64,000 nucleotides of DNA from Spirochaetales bacterium (GTDB lineage: Bacteria > Spirochaetota > Spirochaetia > SZUA-6 > RPPD01). Shown here piece by piece: positions 19,728-28,969 of the stretch. The number at the start of each line of letters is the position of its first letter. Position 1 is the stretch's first letter. The DNA lies in NCBI GenBank assembly GCA_016934415.1, contig JAFGSW010000063.1, forward strand, positions 20,043 to 84,042, given 5' to 3'. A program made the translations under genes and the position numbers. The notes under the pieces were generated by a model. It was not told the DNA's origin and did not search any database. It was given only the letters and a program-made list of their open reading frames with translations.

Positions 19728-21719
19728 TCACATTTTCTGAATCGAAAGCTCCAGCGTCATCTCCCAGATCTCGTTCGGCTCCAGGCTGATCCCCCAGGAT
19801 GGGAACAGGCACAGCGCCTGGAATTGCCTCCGGATTTTTCCGTTTTCACGGGCGTGTGAATAGACGCTGTGGTTGAACAGCGAGCAGGGTTTGGCGGACG
19901 TCAACTCGAGCAGGACGTTATTGAGTTTGTCCTCGACGGTTATTTTCCGCACATTGGCGCGCTCGCCCGCGGCGGCGTCTATTTCGCCGGGAGTCTTTTT
20001 CGACGAATCGAAGAGCTTCAGATTTTCCTTGAGCGCCGAGAGTAATGCCAGATTTATCTCGGTGCCGAATTCGACGGCGAATTTCTTTTCGCCCGTGTTG
20101 CGGATCACATAATCGGTCACGACCGTGTTCTTTCTGAACGAGTACCGTTTTTCCAATTCGACAAGCGTTTTTTCCCGTCGGCCGTCGAGGCACCCCCCGT
20201 AGAAGAACGCCATTTGACGTTGTTCGCGCTTCAATTCCTTGAGTTGATATTCGGCCCCCGGGCAGGCGCAGACGTCGGCGATACGATCGCTCAAGGTGGA
20301 GGCCCCGCCGTCTTTCTTGAAATGAAAAAAATGCTCGACGAATATCTTGCGCGGATATCCGTCGAACGAATCGGTTCCGTCGCGGTGATAATACTCCCTG
20401 ATCCGGGACAGTGTATCTCCGTAGTTCCAGCAGACCGGGATGTAATCGAGCTCGAAGATCATGCCGTTCTGGCGGTGGATGTAGACGTTCATCTCATTCG
20501 ATTGGTAAAGGATTTCCGGCTCCCCGTCGAAGTCGAAATCCGCCGTAATAATCGACGACAGGAAAGATCCTTTGACCCGCGTGTATTTTTCCGCCGTGAT
20601 GAAGCTTTTATAGATTTCCTTCCGCAGGGCATTGTCGTAGATGCCCAAATGGCGGCCGTGCCAATATCCGTAATGGCATTGGCCGCGCCACAACTCCTCG
20701 AGCGCGCTTTTTTTCCTCGATTTGTCGCCGCGCATCTGGTGTACCGTCAGGTGGGTATACATCATCTTGGCGTAGAGCAGATTGCTCTCCCGGTATTTGT
20801 TGAAGATTTGCTTGAAATTCGACGCGGCCGGCGCGATCGGCCGGCGTGTTTTTATTCGCCGGTAGGGAGGGCGCAAGGCGGCGCGGGAGACGGCATCGGA
20901 ATAGGTACCGGAAAAATAAATCTTGCGGGTGACGTTCCGCCCCTTCAGATATTCCTGCGGTACGACGGGAATGATGGTGTCCCGATGATCGTTCAGCCGG
21001 GCATGGAACTCTTTGAGCCAATTAATATTTTTGCGTCCCTTGGGGAGCACGAAGCGCTTGGTATAACATTCGCCGTCGATGAGAATCGAAATCACGCGCT
21101 CCCCGTCCTCCGACGCCTGCCGCCGCAGGAAGCGAATCACCTCGCGCGGACTTTTTCGGAAAAGGAGGTCTTTGAGTCTGAGGGTGAGCGGAAATATCGT
21201 AATATTCTTGCCGTGTTCCTCGGTCAAGTGCGGATAAAAGAGGTCGTCGTCGGAGCGCCGAACGGAGAGGAAAGCGCTCTCGTTGAGAAAGGTGTATTCG
21301 ATTCCGCAGCTTTTCAGGGTGTTGGGAAGCGTCGCCTCCCACACCTGTTCCGGCAGCCACAGCCCCCGCGGCCGTTTGCCGAAATGCGAGCGCAGGTAGG
21401 TCGTGCAGAGCTCGATCTGTCCGATTTTATCGAGGAGCGGAACGAGCGGCAGGATGGGGTCGTAAAAACCCCCGCCGATAAGCTCCACCTGTTTTCTCTT
21501 CATCATTTCATCGAGAAGGTTCAAGTATTCGGGATGATTTTTTTCGAGGAATTCAAGGACGATTCCCGAATAATGGAGCACGACGGGCAGCCGTTCAATC
21601 TCGTAGAGCGTGCTTAAGAAATGCTTATAGGTATCCTGATAAACGGCCTCGAAATCGTGGTCGCTGTAACCGAGCGGCGCGTGCCAATGCACCCCGAAAA
21701 TGAGGTGTATCGTTTTCAT
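19728..21719 (-). CDS. Glycoside hydrolase family 57 (alpha-glucan-acting enzyme)
   Basis: N-terminus MKTIHLIFGVHWHAPLGY... with the GH57 HWHxP motif. 663 aa. Confidence 0.85.
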   Translation of the reverse strand: MKTIHLIFGVHWHAPLGYSDHDFEAVYQDTYKHFLSTLYEIERLPVVLHYSGIVLEFLEKNHPEYLNLLDEMMKRKQVELIGGGFYDPILPLVPLLDKIGQIELCTTYLRSHFGKRPRGLWLPEQVWEATLPNTLKSCGIEYTFLNESAFLSVRRSDDDLFYPHLTEEHGKNITIFPLTLRLKDLLFRKSPREVIRFLRRQASEDGERVISILIDGECYTKRFVLPKGRKNINWLKEFHARLNDHRDTIIPVVPQEYLKGRNVTRKIYFSGTYSDAVSRAALRPPYRRIKTRRPIAPAASNFKQIFNKYRESNLLYAKMMYTHLTVHQMRGDKSRKKSALEELWRGQCHYGYWHGRHLGIYDNALRKEIYKSFITAEKYTRVKGSFLSSIITADFDFDGEPEILYQSNEMNVYIHRQNGMIFELDYIPVCWNYGDTLSRIREYYHRDGTDSFDGYPRKIFVEHFFHFKKDGGASTLSDRIADVCACPGAEYQLKELKREQRQMAFFYGGCLDGRREKTLVELEKRYSFRKNTVVTDYVIRNTGEKKFAVEFGTEINLALLSALKENLKLFDSSKKTPGEIDAAAGERANVRKITVEDKLNNVLLELTSAKPCSLFNHSVYSHARENGKIRRQFQALCLFPSWGISLEPNEIWEMTLELSIQKM

Positions 21720-21880
21720 CGGATATTCCCTCCGCGTACCGTATGGCGGTTTTTTACAACGGCCGACACAAAAACCCCCATCTGAACTCGGAGAATGAAT
21801 AATCGCCCGTTTATTTCATTATGCGCGAAACGCCTATTGTACACCCGCCAACTCGGACAACGCAATAGCTTTTTGTAAAA

Positions 21881-21908
21881 GTTGAAAAAAACCCCGGCCG
21901 CGGTGCGT
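21881..21908 (-). terminator. Probable rho-independent terminator after rnfA
   Basis: On the minus strand: GC-rich CACCGCGGCCGGGG followed by TTTTTTT. Confidence 0.45.
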
Positions 21909-21946
21909 CATGAAGCTGAGACGTAGTCATCGATTCCTTTTCCTTA

Positions 21947-22537
21947 TCACCCGAAGATGTGCGAGAGAAGGGCGACGTCGAGCGCGACGAATCCCAGGGA
22001 GATGAGTCCGGCGGTGATGAAGGCGATCGGCGCCCCGCGCAGGGCCCGGGGAACGTTTTCCAGATCGAGTCGCTCGCGGATGCTCGACATAAGCAGCACA
22101 GCGAGAAGGAATCCGAGTCCCGAGGCAAAGCCCGCCAGCGTTCCCTCGGCGGGAGAAAAATCGTTTTTCAGGCTCATGAAGACCGTCCCCAGGACTGCGC
22201 AGTTGGCGCTGACGGCCGGAATGGAAGCGCCCAAGGAAAGGCGAAGCGCGGGCCAGAAGCGGCGCACGGCGCGTTCCGTCGCGAAAAGAAATCCCGTCAC
22301 CATGAGCACGAAACACATGATCCTGAAGCTCGAGAGCACGGGACCGACAAGGAGGTAACGCCCCACGACCTGGGAGACGAGCGTCGAGCAGGTCATGACG
22401 AAGACGACGGCGCACGCCGAACCGATCGCCGAGCCGGTTTTTTTCGGGGGATGCAACATCGGGCACCATCCCAGGCACTGGATGAAAACAATGTTTCCGG
22501 TAAAGGCGAAGGTGATGATGATGCTGAAAACGCTCAT
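21947..22537 (-). CDS. rnfA: Rnf electron-transport complex subunit A
   Basis: 196 aa polytopic protein, MSVFSIIITFAFTGNIVFIQCLGWCP..., collinear with E. coli RnfA. ATGA overlap with rnfE. Confidence 0.9.
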   Translation of the reverse strand: MSVFSIIITFAFTGNIVFIQCLGWCPMLHPPKKTGSAIGSACAVVFVMTCSTLVSQVVGRYLLVGPVLSSFRIMCFVLMVTGFLFATERAVRRFWPALRLSLGASIPAVSANCAVLGTVFMSLKNDFSPAEGTLAGFASGLGFLLAVLLMSSIRERLDLENVPRALRGAPIAFITAGLISLGFVALDVALLSHIFG

Positions 22538-23226
22538 GGCCCAGTCCTCCCCTCCGCCTCGCCTTCGGTCTTCCCTTCCCCTTCATCGTCTGATGTCCTG
22601 CGCGCGGCTTTCCTCCTGTTTCCGACGGCACGAACGACATTGAAAAGTCCCATGAGAAGGCCGACGGTCAAGAAAGCCCCCACCGGTCCCGCGATGACCG
22701 CCGCCGGAGAGTCCGCCAGTCCCGGTAGTGCGATCAGCCCGTATCCTGAGGCAGGGAAAAAAGTGATCGTTCCCGATCCGATGAGTTCCCGGAAGAATGC
22801 GATCAGTCCCAGGGCCAGGGTGAAGCCTCCGCCCATGCCGAGGGCGTCCGCCACCGTCCGTCCCGGCGCGTGTGTGAAGGCGAAGGTCCCGGCGCGACCG
22901 AGAATGAGGCAGTTGACGGCGATGAGCGGCACGTAAATGCCGAGCCGCGAGGAGAGAACGGGCGCGGTGGCCTTGAGAAGCTGGTCGGTCGCGGTCGTGA
23001 GGGCGGTGAGCATGATGAGGACCGCCGGTATACGCAAATTGGCGGGGATGAAATTCCTGAGGAGGGAAACGGACAAGCCCATGCAAAGGAGCGCTCCCGT
23101 AACACACGCGCCCAACACGACGGCATTGACGAATTGAACCGTGACGGCCAGGGCCGGGCACAAGCCGATAAGGACGACGAAGACCGGATTCCGAGTGAAG
23201 AGGCCCCGGGAAAAATCCTGCAACAT
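22534..23226 (-). CDS. rnfE: Rnf complex subunit E
   Basis: Internal start MLQDFSRGLFTRNPVFVVLIGLCPALAVT preceded by GGAGG. The ORF-track N-terminal extension is arginine-rich and probably spurious. Confidence 0.85.
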   Translation of the reverse strand: MLQDFSRGLFTRNPVFVVLIGLCPALAVTVQFVNAVVLGACVTGALLCMGLSVSLLRNFIPANLRIPAVLIMLTALTTATDQLLKATAPVLSSRLGIYVPLIAVNCLILGRAGTFAFTHAPGRTVADALGMGGGFTLALGLIAFFRELIGSGTITFFPASGYGLIALPGLADSPAAVIAGPVGAFLTVGLLMGLFNVVRAVGNRRKAARRTSDDEGEGKTEGEAEGRTGP

Positions 23227-23978
23227 TAGAAACCTCCCATCCGAGCCGCGAAGCGTGAGCCCTCGCGCAAAGCGAGCCCCAACCCCCTGAAAGTCACCGT
23301 CGCTCCGGTGACGGCGTCGGCGCCTGCCCCGGTGAGGCTTTCCCGCGTCACAGGGACTTCCCTCCCCTTTGCGCCGGCAAAGAGACCGAGCAACCGCACG
23401 GCTTTCGCGCGTTCGCGCCACGGCCCGCGGCCGGCTTCTTCGGCCAGCACCGCATTCCTCACGACGCCGTCCCTTCCGAAATACGCCAGCAGCTTCATCC
23501 CTCCTCCGAAACCGCGGACGCTTAATTCGAGCACGAATCCGGTGAGTGAGCCGGAACTTTCCACCGGATAGTAGGCGCGCACCGTCCCTTCGTTCCTGTA
23601 TCCTATCGAAGAAACAAGGAGGGACAAAGCGGTGCGGTCGCTCTCAGGGAGGCCCTGCTTGAGTCCGACGGTATCGTCCGGGAGGATCTCGTAGCAGGCT
23701 GAGATCCTGCGCCGTGCTTCGTCATCGGGACAAGACGCCAGGATGCGCTCGGCGAAGCCGGTGCGGCTCATGGTGAGAGGAAAAGCCGCATATCGCTCGC
23801 CCGGCGCAAGTCCCCCCGCCGCCGCCCTTAAGAGTTCCTTCTCTCCCCGGGCCAGGCGGTCTTCGATCACCGGCCCCGTCGCAAGTCCGACCGTCACGAT
23901 CACGGCCGCAGCGGCCACGGCGACGACGCCCAACCGCCAAAACGGACTGATCAAATTGCGTAAATCGGCTCTGTTCAT
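23226..23978 (-). CDS. rnfG: Rnf complex subunit G (FMN-binding)
   Basis: This is the C-terminal 250 aa of the 661-aa track ORF, starting MNRADLRNLISPFWRLGVVAV (transmembrane anchor). FMN-attachment motif DAVTGATVT. ATGA overlap with the rnfD stop. Confidence 0.8.
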   Translation of the reverse strand: MNRADLRNLISPFWRLGVVAVAAAAVIVTVGLATGPVIEDRLARGEKELLRAAAGGLAPGERYAAFPLTMSRTGFAERILASCPDDEARRRISACYEILPDDTVGLKQGLPESDRTALSLLVSSIGYRNEGTVRAYYPVESSGSLTGFVLELSVRGFGGGMKLLAYFGRDGVVRNAVLAEEAGRGPWRERAKAVRLLGLFAGAKGREVPVTRESLTGAGADAVTGATVTFRGLGLALREGSRFAARMGGF

Positions 23979-25126
23979 GTCGTCTTCTCCCGGGCGATCA
24001 CGGTCCGTTTCGGCCTCAGAAACCGGTCGATGAGAGGGACGAACATGTTCATGACGATGATCGCCACCGACGCCCCTTCCGGCAAAATGCCGGCGGCGCG
24101 GATCAGGAAGGCGATGAGTCCGACGCCGGCACCAAATACTATTTTCCCCGGGCGGGTGAGAGGTCCCGAAACGTAATCGGTCGCAATAAAGAACGCGCAG
24201 AAGACGATTCCTCCCGAAAAAAGGTGGAAGAGAACGTCGCCTTGGAAAAGGCCCGTCGCGAAGGGAACGCCCCCGAACACCCAGGTGAGAAGCGCGAACG
24301 TCCCCAGCAGCGCCGCAGGGATTTCCCAGGAAATGATCTTCCGCGCCAAAAGCACGGCCGCGCCCACCAGCAGCAGAAAAACGGAAATCTCGCCGATAGA
24401 CCCCGCCGTGTTCCCGAAAAAAAGGTCGAAGTACCCCGGCCTCACGTTCACGCCGAAAAGACCGCCGAGCCATTTGCTCAACTGGCCGTCGAAAGCGGTT
24501 ACCGGGTAATGATGGACGGCCATAAGCGCGGCGGGGCCCCCGAGCGAGCGCAAGGCGGACGCCGCCGCCTCCTGAGAAGCGGCGCCCGCGCCGATCGACG
24601 ACACGGTCGTTTTCACCACGCTTAAGGGTGTGGCGCCGGAGAGGGCGTCGAAGGACGGTCCGGCCCCTTCCGCGATCGTGGCCGGCGCGATCCAGGCGCT
24701 CATGGCCGCCGGAAAGGAAAGCAGCGCGAATACCCGACCCGCCATGGCGGGATTCATCCAGTTGGCGCCCAATCCGCCCGAGGCGTGCTTGACGACGGCC
24801 ACGGCGAACACTGAAGCGCAGAGTGGAACGTAGACGGGCGCGGCCGGCGGCAGGCTCATGCCGATCACGAGGCCGGTAAGGAAGGCGGATCCGTCCCCGA
24901 CCGTCACTTTTCCCCTGATTGCGTTCGCCGCGAGCTCCGTGAGAACGGCGCCCGCCAGGGCCGTCGCCACCACGAGGATCGCGCGCGCGCCGAAAACGGC
25001 CAGGCCCCAGGCGAGCGCGGGGACCAGGCACGCGGAGACCGTCCACATGACGGTCCGGATGCCGGCACCTTCGGCGATATACGGGGCGGAGGCGCTCGTG
25101 ATGGACCGTTTTTCGGATTTCATCAT
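23975..25126 (-). CDS. rnfD: Rnf complex subunit D
   Basis: NqrB/RnfD-type polytopic protein. Start at MMKSEKRSIT overlapping the rnfC stop. Confidence 0.85.
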   Translation of the reverse strand: MMKSEKRSITSASAPYIAEGAGIRTVMWTVSACLVPALAWGLAVFGARAILVVATALAGAVLTELAANAIRGKVTVGDGSAFLTGLVIGMSLPPAAPVYVPLCASVFAVAVVKHASGGLGANWMNPAMAGRVFALLSFPAAMSAWIAPATIAEGAGPSFDALSGATPLSVVKTTVSSIGAGAASQEAAASALRSLGGPAALMAVHHYPVTAFDGQLSKWLGGLFGVNVRPGYFDLFFGNTAGSIGEISVFLLLVGAAVLLARKIISWEIPAALLGTFALLTWVFGGVPFATGLFQGDVLFHLFSGGIVFCAFFIATDYVSGPLTRPGKIVFGAGVGLIAFLIRAAGILPEGASVAIIVMNMFVPLIDRFLRPKRTVIAREKTT

Positions 25127-26457
25127 ATCGCCCCGTCCCGAGTCGGCATCCGGCCCCAGCTTCTTCCTTTTCTGAGATAGGCGAGAAGCGGTATCCCCGC
25201 CGGGCAGACATACGCGCAGCAACCGCATTCCTCGCAGTCGTTCAATCCCCCGGCCACCGCTTCTTCCGTCCGGCCGTGTTTGATCAATTTCACGAGGATC
25301 GTCGGTGAAAGGCCCCACGGGCAGGAGCGTACGCACCGTCCGCACCGGATGCAGGCGTCATCGGCGCAGGAAGCAGTTTCACGCCGGGTAAGAGCGATGA
25401 GTCCCGTCGTAAGCTTGGTGAGGGGCGCGTCGAGATCGGTCACGGCGGCGCCCAGAAAAGGGCCGCCCATGACGATCCGGCCCGGCGGCTCCCTGAATCC
25501 CCCGCAATCCTCGAACAGCTCGCCGATCTTGGTCCCGATTCTGGCCTTGACGTTCGACGGCCGGACGACCGCCGAACCCGAAATAGTAATGACGCGTTCG
25601 ATGAGCGGTTTTTTCCAGACGACGGCTTCGTAGACGGCGAAAATTGTGCCGACATTGGAAATGATCGTTTTCGTTCCCGGCGGGATATGATGCGCCGTCC
25701 GATCTTCGCGCAGAACATGCCGAAGCAGGTCTTCTTCTCCCTGCGGAAATTTCGCTTTCACCGTGACCAGGTCAAACGGCAGGGACTTCTCCGCTATTTT
25801 TTCCCGCAGCACGGCAACGGCGTCGATCTTGTTTTCCGCGACGGCGAAAACCACGCCGCGGGCGCCGGTGATTTTCCGGGCGATGCATGAGCCTTCGATG
25901 ATTTCGTCCGGTTTTTCCAGCATGAGACGGTGTTCGCCCGTGAGATACGGCTCGCACTCGATCCCGTTCACGATCAGGCTGTCCGCCGGACGGTCCGTTC
26001 CGAACGCGTATTTTACGTGAACGGGAAAACCCGCCCCCCCGAGTCCCACCACGCCCATTTCGGCCACAAGGGCGTTCAGGGTCGCCGCGTCGACGCCGTC
26101 CCACGGTTGCCGGTTCAGGATCTTTCCGGAACGGTCGAACTCACCCGCGCACTCGACGGTGACGGCCCGGCATCGTCCGCCGTCGGGCAGCGTCATGTCC
26201 CCCACGTCCCGTACCAGCCCGGGGACGGGCGAGTGGATATTGGCCGACCGGAACCCGTCGGCGCGGGCGATGAGCATTCCCTCCCTCACCCGGTCGCCCG
26301 GGGAGACGACGGCGACGGCCGGCGCGCCCGAATGCTGAAGGAGGGGAACGACGGCAACGGCCGGAATATGCGCATTGGCGATCGGGAGATGTGAGGTCAG
26401 TGATTTAAAATCAAGGGGTTCGACGCCGCCCCGGGCGAACGTCAAGGTTCGGCTCAT
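25123..26457 (-). CDS. rnfC: Rnf complex subunit C (NADH-binding, two 4Fe-4S clusters)
   Basis: 444 aa. Two ferredoxin-type motifs, CIRCGRCVRSCP and CEECGCCAYVCP. RnfC N-terminal domain. Confidence 0.9.
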   Translation of the reverse strand: MSRTLTFARGGVEPLDFKSLTSHLPIANAHIPAVAVVPLLQHSGAPAVAVVSPGDRVREGMLIARADGFRSANIHSPVPGLVRDVGDMTLPDGGRCRAVTVECAGEFDRSGKILNRQPWDGVDAATLNALVAEMGVVGLGGAGFPVHVKYAFGTDRPADSLIVNGIECEPYLTGEHRLMLEKPDEIIEGSCIARKITGARGVVFAVAENKIDAVAVLREKIAEKSLPFDLVTVKAKFPQGEEDLLRHVLREDRTAHHIPPGTKTIISNVGTIFAVYEAVVWKKPLIERVITISGSAVVRPSNVKARIGTKIGELFEDCGGFREPPGRIVMGGPFLGAAVTDLDAPLTKLTTGLIALTRRETASCADDACIRCGRCVRSCPWGLSPTILVKLIKHGRTEEAVAGGLNDCEECGCCAYVCPAGIPLLAYLRKGRSWGRMPTRDGAI

Positions 26458-28211
26458 CGTTTTTTCCTCTTGGTCGGACGATTACTTTTTCTCATTCCGT
26501 ACACGAGCCCGGGAAACGCCGTGTACTGAAGCAGCAAGAGTGGAACCAGTACGATACTAAAGATCACGATGATTGTCCAGTCGCCTTCCCTGAACCGATC
26601 TCCCCGAAATTCCCGGGAGAAAGCCATCGACAGGCATTGGCCCTGGGCGAAGAGCATTGTCGCGACCGAAGAGCGACCGGCCCGTTTCTCAAGTCCGCGC
26701 AGCCACTCGTCGTCGAAGGCGAGGACCGTCTTTTCGGAACGTACGACTTCGCCGTCGGACGCATCGGTCCGGTATTCGGAAACGGCGATGTATTCGCCCG
26801 GGGCGGGTATGGCGTATGCCGGATGTTTCTCGTAGGCGAGCCGCTCCTGAAACGCCGCATGACGAACGAAATCCGAAAGATCGGGAAGCGAATCGGCGGA
26901 TTTCGCTTCGCTCAAGCGGCGGATCGAGCTCATGGCGATGGGCGCCCCCGGAGCGACCGGGCTGGGGATGGGGAAGCTCACGGAGCGTGAGGCCGGCAGC
27001 AGGAGGAGCACCGGATACACGAGGCAGAGAATGATGACGACGGCGTGAACCGCCCGGCGATTGGGCTTGTCAGACGTTTCCCGCGGTTCGAAACGTCTCA
27101 GCAGCCCGGCGACCGTGGAAACACGGAACGACTTCGATCGCTTTTTTTTCTTTGCGAACGCGGCGGCCCGCAGCCACCCCCAGTAAACGCCCGCTCCCGC
27201 CGCCTGGCAGAAGAGCGCACACGCGACGGTCGCCGGACGCACCGTCCCGAGGACGGCGCAGCACGCCGCAACGAACATCATTCCGCCGTACAATCCGAGC
27301 CGCACAAGAAGCGGGCGCCTTTCGGCGCGAAGAGATCCCGGCCGGGTTTCATTGTCGCAATATGAAAGGAACTCCCTCAAGAAAAAACACCATGCGGCTG
27401 ATACCAAGAAAAACAAGGCGAAAACCTCTATTTTGCTCCCGGCCAGGGCATGGAGCCAGGGGAGAATGCCGGCGGTCGCCAGCACATGGAACACGGGACG
27501 GAGCACCAGGGTGAACAGCGATATAAAAAATACCGTCCCGATCAGGGCGATGATCGCCATTCTCCCTTCATTGCCCGTTGTGTCGAGAATCCAGTCTTCC
27601 GGACCGGTTCCCGCGATCCGCGGAAGGACAAGCGAGAGGGAGAGTGAATTGCGCGACGCGGCTACATAGAGCACGTCCCACCGCGAGCCGCCCTCGCGGA
27701 AGGTGAAGTACCTCTCGAGCTGCTTCATGTATTCGTCGTACCGCGGATCGAGCGCATCGAAGCGTTGTGAGACCTGCGCCAGGGTCACGGTCGAGAACCC
27801 GGAAAAATCCGTGAAGAGCACCTCGGCCGTCTCCCGGGACACGACCGCCTCGATGCCGGGTTGTTTCTCCATGAAGGCCGTCACTTCGGAGAGCGGCCGT
27901 GAACCGCGGTAGAGAACCGTGTCGTATCCTTTGAAAGCCGGTCGCGAGGAAGCGGGAGCCTCGAACAGGAGGTCGAATCCGACGAGAAGCGCACACACGG
28001 TAAGCGTGATGAGCGGGATGACCCTTCTCCCGGCGCCGGCGCGCGCGGCGGCTGGAGTCTTGATCGCGACCGGCGCCCGGCGCCGGGGAGAGCGCCTCGG
28101 CGCCCGGAGCGGCGGTGAGGCGGCGGTATTCTTTTTCGAGATCGTACCTTTTGTCCGGCGCCCTTTCGTCATCTTTCGACGCGCCGTCCCGCGGCGAGCT
28201 TTTCTTTTCAT
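26454..28211 (-). CDS. Hypothetical polytopic membrane protein with highly basic N- and C-terminal tails; first large gene of the rnf transcription unit
   Basis: 585 aa. N-terminus MKRKARRGTARRKMTKGRRTKGTISKK. Several hydrophobic segments. C-terminus ...KSNRPTKRKKR. No Fe-S cysteine motifs, so it is not RnfB. The stop overlaps the rnfC start. Confidence 0.6.
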   Translation of the reverse strand: MKRKARRGTARRKMTKGRRTKGTISKKNTAASPPLRAPRRSPRRRAPVAIKTPAAARAGAGRRVIPLITLTVCALLVGFDLLFEAPASSRPAFKGYDTVLYRGSRPLSEVTAFMEKQPGIEAVVSRETAEVLFTDFSGFSTVTLAQVSQRFDALDPRYDEYMKQLERYFTFREGGSRWDVLYVAASRNSLSLSLVLPRIAGTGPEDWILDTTGNEGRMAIIALIGTVFFISLFTLVLRPVFHVLATAGILPWLHALAGSKIEVFALFFLVSAAWCFFLREFLSYCDNETRPGSLRAERRPLLVRLGLYGGMMFVAACCAVLGTVRPATVACALFCQAAGAGVYWGWLRAAAFAKKKKRSKSFRVSTVAGLLRRFEPRETSDKPNRRAVHAVVIILCLVYPVLLLLPASRSVSFPIPSPVAPGAPIAMSSIRRLSEAKSADSLPDLSDFVRHAAFQERLAYEKHPAYAIPAPGEYIAVSEYRTDASDGEVVRSEKTVLAFDDEWLRGLEKRAGRSSVATMLFAQGQCLSMAFSREFRGDRFREGDWTIIVIFSIVLVPLLLLQYTAFPGLVYGMRKSNRPTKRKKR

Positions 28212-28224
28212 GTCCCTCTATCGA

Positions 28225-28689
28225 TTACAGCATGCAGAATGCCAAAGCGATGAAAAATCCGAGCACCGCTCCCACCCCCACTTCAGAGAGGCTGTGGCCG
28301 TTGATTTCCTTCACGGGTTTTATGGAAAGACGCTTCTCCTTCTTCAAAACGGCGATGAGTCTGTTCAGGGTGTGCGCCTGGAGCCCGGCGGACCGCCGTA
28401 CGCCGAGGGCGTCGCGGATGACGAGAAGCGCGTAAAAAAAGGTGACGATAAAAAGGGGATCGCCGATGCCCACCCTGAACCCGATTGAGGTGACGAGCGC
28501 CGCCACCACCGCTGAATGGCTGCTCGGCATTCCGCCCGTGGTCCAGAAAATGTACTTGAGTATTTTCAAGGCGCTCCGCGGTTTATTCTTGGTGATTTCG
28601 ATGATCGATTTCATCACCTGAGCGATGAACCAGCTAAACACGGTCGCCAGGAATATCGGACTCTTCAATAACGCATTGATATGATCCAT
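28225..28689 (-). CDS. Divergent PAP2-superfamily membrane protein (YuiD/DUF212-like)
   Basis: Internal start MDHINALLKSPIF...; motifs GGMPSSHSAVVAAL and IRDALGVRR...LN. The 266-aa track ORF is an upstream extension with no good start context. Confidence 0.65.
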   Translation of the reverse strand: MDHINALLKSPIFLATVFSWFIAQVMKSIIEITKNKPRSALKILKYIFWTTGGMPSSHSAVVAALVTSIGFRVGIGDPLFIVTFFYALLVIRDALGVRRSAGLQAHTLNRLIAVLKKEKRLSIKPVKEINGHSLSEVGVGAVLGFFIALAFCML

Positions 28690-28930
28690 ACAACCCATCG
28701 GTGGCGGGCGGCCCCGCCGCGGGAAACGGCGAAGCCGCTTCCGCGTCCGTTGCCTCCGCAGATTATCTTCCCGTTCCGCTGATGCAGTCTCGTGCCAACG
28801 ACGTGCAAGTTTCGCTTTCCTTCGGGAAATTGTCAATACAGCGGACCTCACTCGTGTGCAATCCACTCCCCGCGGACACAGAGGGAGGAGAGGCACTCGG
28901 AGAAGGTATGAATAAAATATCAGAGGTTTA

Positions 28931-28958
28931 TTGACACATTCGCGATTCCCGCTACAAT
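28931..28958 (+). promoter_or_regulatory. Near-consensus sigma70-type promoter for the mlaEFD unit
   Basis: TTGACA (28931-28936), 16-nt spacer, TACAAT (28953-28958). AGGGAA ribosome-binding site and ATG at 28970 downstream. Confidence 0.55.
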
Positions 28959-28969
28959 TTACAGGGAAT

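Noticed and set aside
23226-25211. 661-aa ORF on the minus strand
   Set aside because: Only the C-terminal 250 aa (RnfG, with a transmembrane anchor and the GATVT FMN site) look real. The N-terminal about 410 aa are an Arg/Gly/Pro-rich read-through typical of high-GC alternate frames, and they overlap rnfD, which is clearly coded in another frame.
26454-28211. The 585-aa membrane protein considered as a divergent RnfB
   Set aside because: No CxxCxxCxxxCP ferredoxin motifs and no resemblance to the RnfB architecture. Kept as a hypothetical membrane protein.
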